Source: Spirochaetota bacterium (GTDB lineage Bacteria > Spirochaetota > Brachyspiria > Brachyspirales > JACRPF01). From it: DNA of 64,000 nucleotides. The DNA lies in the NCBI GenBank assembly GCA_038043445.1, contig JBBTBY010000072.1:29887-93886 (forward strand). The letters run 5' to 3'. A program made the position numbers and the translations under genes. This document shows, one piece after another, positions 8,303-17,201 of this stretch. Below the pieces are notes generated by a model. It ran no database searches. It was not told the DNA's origin and saw only the letters and a list, made by a program, of their open reading frames with translations. The first letter of the stretch is position 1. Every line of letters starts with the position of its first letter.

Positions 8303-9573
8303 TAACCCTCCGCGTCCTCGATATCGGCCGAACGGAAACATCGTACCGCGCTGTTTATGAACCGCCGACGATGTATACGCGCATTGAGCTCGCCGTTGCC
8401 GGAAGCGCACGCTTTACCGCAGGTGAGCCGCTCGTGCTGAAAAAAGGCATGATCGGTATTTTTCCGCCGGGGACGTTCCGCATCGAATTCCCTGACCGTA
8501 CCTACCGCTCGGTATTCATTCACACGATGATGCTTCCGCCGCTGCATCGGCCTATCGCACTGCCGATCAATCGTTATTCGACCGCGGGAAAGATATTCAC
8601 CCTGCTAACATCCATGCCGTCAGGAACGGACCGCTCGGTGATAGCACGGCTTGCCGAATCGCTCCTCACCGAAGTGAACCGTACGGAAAAGATATTCCCC
8701 GGCGCTGATACGCGCATGGCCGCCGTCATGCGTCACATCATCGATTCGGAAGGCCGCACATCGGTAGCCATGCTCGCCGGGATTACGGCGCTGCACCCGA
8801 AATATTTCATGAAAGCGTTCAAGCGTGAATTCGGCATGACCGCTGAAGCATGCATCGACACCGAACGGCTCGCGACCGCGCGCAGATCCCTTTCAGAGAG
8901 CCGCTCCGTGCCGGAGACCGCAGAACGCGCCGGGTTCAGTAATGAGAAATCGTTCGGCAGATTCTTCAAGCGCCGAACCGGGATAACGCCCGGCGAATTC
9001 CGCAGCATGCATAAGGTGCCGTCGATATGCGTACCGCGTATACGCGCATCCGACCTCGCGCATGCTCCGTGGGATGAAGGAACCCTCCTCGACCGATGGT
9101 TCACCATCTACGAAGCGACGCCGTATGAAAAAAAGATCACCGGACGCATCATGCACGATACGTCCCATCTTTATGTACGCATCGAGGAGCGCTGCGACAC
9201 ATCGCGTCTGATAGCGGACACGACAATACATAACGGCGATGACTGGGAGATAATGTTCGGTCCGCGGCGCGATCATCCGTACCGATACATCAAGGCATCG
9301 CCCGACGGAAGGATAGAACGCCTTATCCGCGACGGTACGGGGAACCGGCCATGGCGGAGGAATGTTCCCGTCATCATCGAGAGAAAGCGGCATGCATGGT
9401 CCATCGCCGCACGGATACCGCTCTCCGACATCGCATTCGAAAAGAACGGACGTACCGTCGTCTACGGGAATCTTTTCCGGCAGCGCTATCACGGGACGCA
9501 TATCGCCCTCGCAAGCACCCTGAGTTTCTCCTTCCATACGCCGTCGCGCTTTGCGTACTTCGAACTCGCATGA
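8299..9573 (+). CDS. AraC-family transcriptional regulator with cupin-like N-terminus and C-terminal CBM9/DOMON-like domain
   Basis: ATG 8299 overlaps the upstream TGA in ATGA. AraC HTH region: VAMLAGITALHPKYFMKAFKREFGMT ... AERAGFSNEKSFGRFFKRRTGITPGEFR. The C-terminal ~160 aa (WDEGTLLDRWF...DDWEIMFGP...YRYIKASPDG...WSIAARIPLSDI) resembles the CBM9-like module in the next gene. Confidence 0.7.
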   Translation: MITLRVLDIGRTETSYRAVYEPPTMYTRIELAVAGSARFTAGEPLVLKKGMIGIFPPGTFRIEFPDRTYRSVFIHTMMLPPLHRPIALPINRYSTAGKIFTLLTSMPSGTDRSVIARLAESLLTEVNRTEKIFPGADTRMAAVMRHIIDSEGRTSVAMLAGITALHPKYFMKAFKREFGMTAEACIDTERLATARRSLSESRSVPETAERAGFSNEKSFGRFFKRRTGITPGEFRSMHKVPSICVPRIRASDLAHAPWDEGTLLDRWFTIYEATPYEKKITGRIMHDTSHLYVRIEERCDTSRLIADTTIHNGDDWEIMFGPRRDHPYRYIKASPDGRIERLIRDGTGNRPWRRNVPVIIERKRHAWSIAARIPLSDIAFEKNGRTVVYGNLFRQRYHGTHIALASTLSFSFHTPSRFAYFELA

Positions 9574-9583
9574 ATGCTGAGGT

Positions 9584-9648
9584 TACTTTGGGCAACCATT
9601 ATATTACCGGCAATTCCTTGACAAAGGGGCTGAGAGCGCTCATAGTAT
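9584..9648 (+). promoter_or_regulatory. putative promoter of the DUF4838 gene, with a direct repeat abutting the -35
   Basis: TTGACA at 9618-9623. Candidate -10 is CATAGT (9641-9646, 17-nt spacer) or TAGTAT (9643-9648, 19-nt spacer). Direct repeat TTACtttGGCAA (9584-9595) / TTACcGGCAA (9604-9613) lies just upstream. GGGAGGA SD precedes ATG 9670. Confidence 0.3.
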
Positions 9649-9669
9649 AGGTACGAACCGGGAGGACGC

Positions 9670-12669
9670 ATGACGCCGATACGAACGATATCCATCCTTA
9701 TCGCTGCTGCATGCATATGCAATGCGCAGATGCTTTCCATTAAACAGGCGAACCGATCATCAAAGAACCACAACGCTCAGTACAAGGCCGATGCACCGCT
9801 CATACTTGCCGAAAATGGCACTTGGAAAGCAGTGATCGTTGTTCCGAGCGATGCAACGCCTACGGCACGCACAGCAGCCAATGAAATGAAGGCGGTCCTT
9901 GAACGCATCATTGCCGCGCCTATCGCAATCTCAGATACTCTCGTTGACGGAAAAGTGAATATACTCCTCGGAGAGAACAGCATATCATCGCCGCTTGCCC
10001 CCGGCATCGCCGCCCTCCCCCGAGACGGCTTCATCATTCGTCACATCCGTACATCCGCCGACATCATCATTATCGCAGGGCATGACGACGCCGCGAGCGA
10101 CCCAGGATCCGTGATGCGCCAGAACACGTTCTGGAACTGGTTCAGGGAAAAAGGCACGCTCTTCGGCGCGTACGATTTCCTCGAACGCTTCTGCGGTGTC
10201 GGCTTCTTCTATCCCGATGAAACGGGAACACCGGTGCCGCGCTGTTCGGGCATTACGGTGCCGTCCATGGACATCCAGGAAGCGCCCGATCTCGAGGAAC
10301 GCATGTGGACATACGGATTCCCCTCATTCGTCACGCAAGACAAGAAAATGGCCTTCCACGGCACGGATACTATCGCATGGCTGAACCGCGAGCGTCTTAT
10401 GTACCGCCATGACACATTACGTATCCCCTACGGGCACGGTATACGCATGTTCAATCTCAACAAACGGTTCGCGGCAACACGCCCGGAATATTTCTCGCTA
10501 CTCCCCAACGGCAGGCGCGACCTGGAGACCGGCGAATGCAGAGGGCATCTTTGCCTCATGAACCCGGAACTTGAGGACACCATTGTGCTCGATGCGATAT
10601 CCTTCCTCAAAGGCGAAGCGCCGACGGTTCGGGATATGCAGTATCAGAACCCGGCAGTATGGCCGATATCGCTTACGCCGGGATATATACCCGTCATGCT
10701 CGAGGACGGCTTTGGTCCCGATAATTTCTGCCGCTGCCCGAACTGTACGCCGTTCAATAGAGCGAATGGGAATCACAGCGATTATGTCTTCGGCTTCTAT
10801 TCGCGCATCGCAAAGCGCATCAAGGAAAGCGGTCTTCCGGGCACGGTGACGACCATGGCGTATTCGACCTATAAGTCGCTGCCGTCATTCGATCTTCCGG
10901 ATAATATGCTTCTTCAAGTCGCCACCCCCGGGCCGTGGGCGGAAACGGGACGTGCATTTCAGAAAGCTGAGGAGGAGAACATTCGCGATTGGAATAAAAA
11001 GCTCGGCGGTGAACGCGCGGTTTCGCTCTGGACATACATGAACGATTTCGGGAACAAGGTGCCCGCAGGCATCCCTGCTGTCAGTCCGAGGCTTGTCGTC
11101 TCATATTTCAAGCGTGTCGGCCCGATGGTGCGCGGTGCATTCGTCGAATCGGAGATAAGCTACCGATTTTATCATTATCTCAATTGGTATGCGTTCGGAA
11201 AAGCCGCATGGGACAACAGCATCGACGCAGAGACGCTCCTCGCCGATCATCACGCGAAGATGTTCGGCCCTGCCGCCGCCCCGATGGCAAAGGCATACGA
11301 CCTCATCGAAAAGCTCTGGACGTCGTGCCTGCAGGGCTATGAGAACACCGTGGTAGGACCGGTGCTGAAAACGCCGTACGAGTCTGATATGTGGGAAACG
11401 ATATTCAGTTCAGAAAGGATGAACGAACTTGATGCACTCGTCAAAGAGGCTGAGTCGCTTGCAAGGAACGATGCTGGCGCACTCGCCCGAGTCCGCTACA
11501 TCGGGGAGCACCTCATCGGCGCTGTCGCCCGATACCGCAATGCATTCCTGGCGACACGGCGGGAATCGGAAGACCTTGTCGTTCATTCGTTGAGCACGCC
11601 GGATGATATACGCATCGACGGCTCGCTCGATGAAGCGGCATGGCTCGCGAAACCGGTCTATCTCGTACCGCTCAAACGCACGGATGACCCGAATGCGCTG
11701 ACCGCCGTACGCACAGCATGGTCGGACAAGCATCTCTCTATCGCCTTTGTCTGCGACGAGGGCAGCTTCGATGACGTATCGGTTATCAAACGCACCAATG
11801 ATGACGGATCGATTTGGCAGGATAACTCAGTAGAGCTGTTCATCGGTCCCGCGGGGGAGCGCCGGTATTTCCATATCGCAGTGAACAGCGCAGGCAGCAT
11901 ATCGGACTGGGCGGTGGACGGCATCAAAAAGGATATCGCCTGGAACAGCGGCGCACGCATCGGCATTACACACGACGGCGAGCGATGGACGGCGGAGATA
12001 GCAATACCATTCGACGCCATCGGCGGAAAGCCCGAAAGCGGATGCATAGTAAATTTCTGCCGATCCCGCATCATGCTCAAGAGTAAAAAGCTCGATCAGC
12101 TCTCGACATGGTCACCGTTCCTGAAAGGCGGTTTCCATGAGCCTGAAAAATTCGGGAAGATGCTTTTCGTCAAGGACGCATCAACACTACCCGACGACGG
12201 CAATCTCCTCGCCAACGGCAGTTTTGAGAACGGCGACGGCACCGAGGGATGGAAATTCGCCGAGGGGTGCTCCGTTGACACAGCAACGTTCCGTGACGGG
12301 CGTCGATGCGCCCGGTTCACGCTCCAGGAATTCAAGGATGCCCAGACACGCTCATCGCATCCGCTTCCCGACCTGAAGCCGAACACCGAATATGTCATCA
12401 CCTATTTCATACGGACGAAGGATGTTGAACTGAAACCCGGCGCGCGCTATGCCGGCGGCTTTGTGAACATCTGGAGCGGCTTGAATCACTGGTTCCCGAT
12501 CAATGCCTATGAGCCGACGAAAAGCTATCAGGGATCACGGCCGTGGACAAAGGAAAGCTATGTGTTCAAGACCGGCGAGAAGATAACCCCCTGCGATGTG
12601 AAATTCGGTTTTCACCCGGCAAAAGGGACGATGTGGATAGATGATATACGCGTACGGGAGAAGCGATAA
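9670..12669 (+). CDS. DUF4838-type putative glycoside hydrolase with CBM9-like and C-terminal CBM4_9-like modules; secreted
   Basis: Signal peptide MTPIRTISILIAAACICNAQ. The block DGFIIRH...IIIAGHDD...GTLFGAYDFLERFCGVGFFYP matches my memory of DUF4838. CBM9-like block IRIDGSLDEAAW...DNSVELFIGP...YFHIAVNSAG. C-terminal NGSFENGDGTEGW...MWIDDIRV is CBM4_9-like. Confidence 0.65.
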   Translation: MTPIRTISILIAAACICNAQMLSIKQANRSSKNHNAQYKADAPLILAENGTWKAVIVVPSDATPTARTAANEMKAVLERIIAAPIAISDTLVDGKVNILLGENSISSPLAPGIAALPRDGFIIRHIRTSADIIIIAGHDDAASDPGSVMRQNTFWNWFREKGTLFGAYDFLERFCGVGFFYPDETGTPVPRCSGITVPSMDIQEAPDLEERMWTYGFPSFVTQDKKMAFHGTDTIAWLNRERLMYRHDTLRIPYGHGIRMFNLNKRFAATRPEYFSLLPNGRRDLETGECRGHLCLMNPELEDTIVLDAISFLKGEAPTVRDMQYQNPAVWPISLTPGYIPVMLEDGFGPDNFCRCPNCTPFNRANGNHSDYVFGFYSRIAKRIKESGLPGTVTTMAYSTYKSLPSFDLPDNMLLQVATPGPWAETGRAFQKAEEENIRDWNKKLGGERAVSLWTYMNDFGNKVPAGIPAVSPRLVVSYFKRVGPMVRGAFVESEISYRFYHYLNWYAFGKAAWDNSIDAETLLADHHAKMFGPAAAPMAKAYDLIEKLWTSCLQGYENTVVGPVLKTPYESDMWETIFSSERMNELDALVKEAESLARNDAGALARVRYIGEHLIGAVARYRNAFLATRRESEDLVVHSLSTPDDIRIDGSLDEAAWLAKPVYLVPLKRTDDPNALTAVRTAWSDKHLSIAFVCDEGSFDDVSVIKRTNDDGSIWQDNSVELFIGPAGERRYFHIAVNSAGSISDWAVDGIKKDIAWNSGARIGITHDGERWTAEIAIPFDAIGGKPESGCIVNFCRSRIMLKSKKLDQLSTWSPFLKGGFHEPEKFGKMLFVKDASTLPDDGNLLANGSFENGDGTEGWKFAEGCSVDTATFRDGRRCARFTLQEFKDAQTRSSHPLPDLKPNTEYVITYFIRTKDVELKPGARYAGGFVNIWSGLNHWFPINAYEPTKSYQGSRPWTKESYVFKTGEKITPCDVKFGFHPAKGTMWIDDIRVREKR

Positions 12670-12714
12670 CGCCCAGCGACAGCTGCCGTTCACACCCCTG
12701 TTGACAAGACACGC

Positions 12715-13668
12715 ATGGTTTGGTATCGTAGCAGCATGAGATCATTCCGTATCACGGTACTCGCATCGACTCTCTGTCTATTCCTCTTTTCCCCTGCTTC
12801 CGGCTGGGACGGCGGCGGGCATATGCTCGTCGCACGTATCGCGCACGACCGACTTGATGCAGCCGCACGCCAACGCGTATCGACGATCGCATCGCGGCTG
12901 AACAACAACGGCACGAATTACACGTTCATCACCCTCGCCTGCTGGATGGATGACATCAAGGACAGGAATTCGACATCGCCGTACAAAGGGAAATTCCGGA
13001 CATGGCATTACATCAACATCGGCTGTTCCCCGAGCGACCCCGATGTGTTCGCCGACAGCGCTGCCCTCACCGCAACGAACGGCGATATCGTCCGTGCGCT
13101 ATCACATGCGACATCAGCGCTCAGGATAGGAAAATTCGACGAAATTATCCCGGATGAAGCGATCGCCCTCGCTGTCATCGTACATCTTGCAGGCGATATA
13201 CATCAGCCGATGCATACGGCATCGCGGTATGACCCGAATCCGACGAAGGGTGAAAGCCCCAATGACGCCGGCGGCAATGCGGTGAGCATTGCGAATCTCG
13301 CCGATACGCCTTGGAAAAAGAACCTTCACACATTCTGGGATGAAGCCTATCGCCGATATTACGATGACGGAAAAGCACGCGCGCTCCCGGAGCTTACCGC
13401 GGACGACGGCACCGGTATGCATGAATGGCTCGATCGGCTTACACCGCATACCCCGACCAACCTTGCCTTCGATGCACATCGCTGGGCGCGGGAAACGCAG
13501 TCGCTCGGCTGCACGCTCGCATACGGGGAACTCCGCGAACCGTACGGCGCGAAGAATATCGTGCTGAAAGAGCGGTATGTGACAGGGGCCGCAGCGGCAG
13601 CACAGCGGCAGATCGTGCTCGCCGGGTGGCGTCTCGCGTCGCTGCTGCAGGGGATGTACCGCAAATAA
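12715..13668 (+). CDS. S1/P1-family nuclease (secreted, zinc-dependent single-strand nuclease)
   Basis: Signal peptide, then the mature N-terminus motif WDGGGHMLVARIA. Other family blocks: WMDDIK, HLAGDIHQPMH, GGN, HTFWD. Alternative start at ATG 12736 (MRSFRITVL). Confidence 0.8.
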   Translation: MVWYRSSMRSFRITVLASTLCLFLFSPASGWDGGGHMLVARIAHDRLDAAARQRVSTIASRLNNNGTNYTFITLACWMDDIKDRNSTSPYKGKFRTWHYINIGCSPSDPDVFADSAALTATNGDIVRALSHATSALRIGKFDEIIPDEAIALAVIVHLAGDIHQPMHTASRYDPNPTKGESPNDAGGNAVSIANLADTPWKKNLHTFWDEAYRRYYDDGKARALPELTADDGTGMHEWLDRLTPHTPTNLAFDAHRWARETQSLGCTLAYGELREPYGAKNIVLKERYVTGAAAAAQRQIVLAGWRLASLLQGMYRK

Positions 13669-13723
13669 CTCTGTTTGCGCGATACCGATATCCGTGATAT
13701 AGTGCGCACCGGAAGTAACCCCT

Positions 13724-14893
13724 ATGAAAACCGTCACGCTCGCAAAGAAAAAAGAAAAGCTCCCCCTCTCCCATCACCCGTGGGTATTCTCCGGCGCTAT
13801 TGCCGAAAAGGGTGAAGCGGCCCCCGGCGAGATAGTGCGCGTCGTCACGAGCGAAGATAAATTCATCGCCTATGGGCATCTCGGCTCGCGCGCGCAGGTG
13901 GCCATGCATCTCCTCGAATGGGATGAACGCGCCGTTGTCGATGGGGCATGGTTCACGAAGAAGATCCATGATGCTGTCGCACGCCGCACGCCGCTCCGCG
14001 AACGGGCGGATACGGATGCCGTTCGGCTCATCTATTCCGAATCGGACCTCCTCCCCGGCCTCATCGTCGACCAATACACGGACGTACTCGTCGTAATGAT
14101 ACTGACGCCCGGTATGGACGCGCTCCGTCAGGTCATTATCGATGCGCTCATTTCCGCAGTATCTCCGAAAGCGATATACGAACGCTCCGATGCGCATGCG
14201 GCAAAAGCCGAGGGGATGACGGCACATGAAGGGCTCCTCTACGGAGCACTCCCGCCTGAGATCGTCATCCATGAGAACGGGAGAAAGTTCATCTGCGACG
14301 TTGCAGAAGGACAGAAAACGGGGTTCTTCCTCGATCAGCGCGAGAACAGACGCATTGCCGCTTCCTTTACGCAGGGGCGTACCCTTGACTGTTTCTGCTA
14401 TACGGGCGGTTTCTCGATGAGCATGGCTTCGCGCGCAGCCTCCATGACCGTCGTCGATTCATCGGCGGCGGCACTGGATATCCTGAAAAAGAACGCGGGC
14501 TTGAACGGTCTATCGCTCCCTGATGAGAACATCATCACTGCGAATGCGTTCGAATATCTCCGCGGGGTGAAGAAGGATTCCTTTGACACCATCGTGCTCG
14601 ATCCGCCGAAGCTCGCGCCGTCGCGTTCTGCCGTACCCAAGGCACTCCGCGCGTACAAGGATGTGAACCTCTCCGCAATGAAATGCCTTTCCCCCGGCGG
14701 TATGCTCATAACGTTCTCATGCTCAGGCGGCGTATCGCGCGAGGAATTCAGAACGGTGATAAGCTGGGCGGCGAAGGATGCGCACCGCGAAGTGCAGTTC
14801 ATCCATGCGCTCTCGCAGGCGGAGGATCACCCCGTCCGAGCATCGTTCCCGGAATCGGAATATCTCACCGGCGAGGTGTGCCGGGTCATCTGA
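13724..14893 (+). CDS. rlmI: class I SAM-dependent 23S rRNA (cytosine-C5) methyltransferase, RlmI-like (PUA + MTase)
   Basis: 389 aa. HPWVFSGAI start (PUA-like), TGFFLDQRENR motif, DPPK catalytic motif (VLDPPKLAP) and TFSCSG motif, as in RlmI/RlmK-type m5C methyltransferases. Confidence 0.8.
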   Translation: MKTVTLAKKKEKLPLSHHPWVFSGAIAEKGEAAPGEIVRVVTSEDKFIAYGHLGSRAQVAMHLLEWDERAVVDGAWFTKKIHDAVARRTPLRERADTDAVRLIYSESDLLPGLIVDQYTDVLVVMILTPGMDALRQVIIDALISAVSPKAIYERSDAHAAKAEGMTAHEGLLYGALPPEIVIHENGRKFICDVAEGQKTGFFLDQRENRRIAASFTQGRTLDCFCYTGGFSMSMASRAASMTVVDSSAAALDILKKNAGLNGLSLPDENIITANAFEYLRGVKKDSFDTIVLDPPKLAPSRSAVPKALRAYKDVNLSAMKCLSPGGMLITFSCSGGVSREEFRTVISWAAKDAHREVQFIHALSQAEDHPVRASFPESEYLTGEVCRVI

Positions 14894-15623
14894 CCCTGCG
14901 CAAACGATCGCTTCGGCACTTAAGCATCTCCTGTGCATGTCGTTCAAGGTCTCGCTCGCTGTAGCGGAACGAGGGAAATTGCACTGTTATCGATGCGATC
15001 GGGCCGTCAAGGAACACCGGCACAGACGCCGCCATTATCGCCTCTTCATACTCGCCGCGATTGAGCGCATAGCCGTTCTTTTTCACCGCCGCTAATTCTT
15101 CCCGCAGTGTCGCCTTTACCGTGATCGTTCTGTCAGTATATTTCGTCAGCGGTGTGACGGATAGATATTCATCGAGCCGCGCCTCATCCCAGAACGCGAT
15201 AATGGCCTTTCCCGCCGCCGTCACATGGGGCAGATAGGATATAGTTGCGTCATTGATTATCTGTACCGGCCTTGAAGACTGCAGGCGTTCGATGAATAGA
15301 AGCCTGTCCCCGGACAGCACGCCCAGGAGCACGTTCTCGTCAAAACGCTCATGGAGTTCATGGATGATACCGGATGTCACCCTCTTGAGCTCACTGAAAC
15401 AGCCGGCGGCGGTATTGGCAAGCTCGCCGATGCGTGCCGTGAGATGATATCCGTCCGCATCTTTCACCGCAAATCCCTCGCTCATGAGCGAGTTGAGAAA
15501 GAGCGTCATGTTCGACGCGGGCATATCGAACGCTGCCGCGATATCGGAGAGCCTGGCCCCGTCATGTGAAGCCAGATGCGACAGTATCTTCAGCCCTTTG
15601 GAGAACGATCCGATGACCCTCAT
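14886..15623 (-). CDS. IclR-family transcriptional regulator
   Basis: 245 aa. N-terminal wHTH (LKILSHLASHDGARLSDIAAAFDMPASNMTLFLNSL) plus a C-terminal IclR effector-binding domain. Starts 3 nt after the ALDH stop. Confidence 0.8.
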   Translation of the reverse strand: MRVIGSFSKGLKILSHLASHDGARLSDIAAAFDMPASNMTLFLNSLMSEGFAVKDADGYHLTARIGELANTAAGCFSELKRVTSGIIHELHERFDENVLLGVLSGDRLLFIERLQSSRPVQIINDATISYLPHVTAAGKAIIAFWDEARLDEYLSVTPLTKYTDRTITVKATLREELAAVKKNGYALNRGEYEEAIMAASVPVFLDGPIASITVQFPSFRYSERDLERHAQEMLKCRSDRLRRVR

Positions 15624-15626
15624 GGA

Positions 15627-17045
15627 CTACCTTCGTACCGAAACACGTTTGACATCGAAATAATCGTCAAGACAGAGATGACCGATGTCCTTTCCGTACC
15701 CGCTCTGCTTTAACCCGCCGTGCGGGAGCTGTATCGAGTAGTGAACTCCGTTGACGCAGATATTCCCGTACAGGAGCCGCTCGGTCGCATCCATGATACG
15801 GGCATTGCTGTCCGTGAACAGGTACGATGCAAGCCCCGCATCGCACTCGTTGGCAACGGCGAAAATGTCATCAGTATCGGTGAACCGCACGATGGGCATG
15901 ACCGGCCCGAATATCTCGTTCGCACAGATATCCATCGATGCACTCGGTGTTTCCAGTATCGTCGGAGCGATGAAGTATCCGGGTTTTTTCATCCGTGTGC
16001 CGCCGCAAATAAGGTTCGCACCGTCCTTCATGGATGTATCTATCGATGCCAGTATGCGGTCGAACGCTCTCTTCGATATGACCGGCTGTATCGCGGGTGC
16101 CTTGCATGCGCCGCTCCCCGGCGTATATGCCTCGGCAAGACGCTTTGCTTTGGAAAGAAATGATGCATACACTTTTTCATGCACGAAAACACGATTCGGC
16201 GCAACACATATCTGCCCGGCATTCGAGAATTTCAGATCAACAATGGCTTCGACTGCCGTATTGACATCGGCGTCATCGAAGACAATGACCGGCGCATTGC
16301 CGCCGAGTTCAAGCGAAAAACGCTTCACGCTCGATGTTGAATTCTCTATCAGCTTCATGCCGCCGTATGTCGACCCGATCATCGTAAGCAGCCGCGGTAT
16401 GTTCGAATGGGCAAGCGCATATCCAATATCCGTCGATTCACCGAGCACGATATTCACCGTACCGGCGGGGAATGCGGTCTCCGCGATAAGCTCACCGACC
16501 AGCGCAGTGGCAAGCGGTGTTTCCGCCGACGGCTTTATCACGCACGTGCATCCGCTCGCGAGAATGGGGCCGAGCTTGTAGCCGAGATTGAGGAGCGGGA
16601 AATTCCAAGCAAGGAATGCCGCGACAACGCCCGTCGGTTCGTAAACGAGCTGATTGAAGAATTTATTGTCGTAGTCGGGGATGCTTTTCGCATAGTGCCG
16701 CTTCACCTCTTCAATGAAAAAGGCGAGGCAGTCGACGAGCATGGAGAAGTCATAGCCGGCATTCTCATTCGTCTTCCCCGTCTCGGCAACGAGAAGATCG
16801 ATGATCCCTTCCTTTCGTGAGATGATCTTCTCCCTGAGCGTCATTATCAGCGATGCACGTTCATTGATGGACAGGTGCGAGTACACAGGGAATGCGTTCT
16901 TCGCCGCGAGGAGCGCTTCGTCTGCAAGCGCGATCGATGCTTTTTCCTGCGTGCCGCATGGCGCTTCGGTCGCAGGATTGATCACCGGCGCGGGATTTCC
17001 GCTCTCGATAAGCGTGCCATGTATCAGGTTCTTTGCATGGAACAT
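15627..17045 (-). CDS. NAD(P)+-dependent aldehyde dehydrogenase
   Basis: 472 aa. Catalytic Glu block LELGGNAP and Cys block NAGQICVAPNR. AGGAG SD upstream of ATG 17045. TAG stop at 15627-15629, which shows TAG is used as a genuine stop here. Confidence 0.85.
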   Translation of the reverse strand: MFHAKNLIHGTLIESGNPAPVINPATEAPCGTQEKASIALADEALLAAKNAFPVYSHLSINERASLIMTLREKIISRKEGIIDLLVAETGKTNENAGYDFSMLVDCLAFFIEEVKRHYAKSIPDYDNKFFNQLVYEPTGVVAAFLAWNFPLLNLGYKLGPILASGCTCVIKPSAETPLATALVGELIAETAFPAGTVNIVLGESTDIGYALAHSNIPRLLTMIGSTYGGMKLIENSTSSVKRFSLELGGNAPVIVFDDADVNTAVEAIVDLKFSNAGQICVAPNRVFVHEKVYASFLSKAKRLAEAYTPGSGACKAPAIQPVISKRAFDRILASIDTSMKDGANLICGGTRMKKPGYFIAPTILETPSASMDICANEIFGPVMPIVRFTDTDDIFAVANECDAGLASYLFTDSNARIMDATERLLYGNICVNGVHYSIQLPHGGLKQSGYGKDIGHLCLDDYFDVKRVSVRR

Positions 17046-17201
17046 TGATATTCTCCTATTGGCTTATTTTGGCATAATCATAAGAAAGTCTTGACTTTAT
17101 TTTGGGAACGCATAAAACAGACACCATGTCCTTGCCGTCAGCGCGCCGCGATGGCTTTCGTAATTGCCATAATTTTCTGATATCTGTCATTCGGCATTGC
17201 C

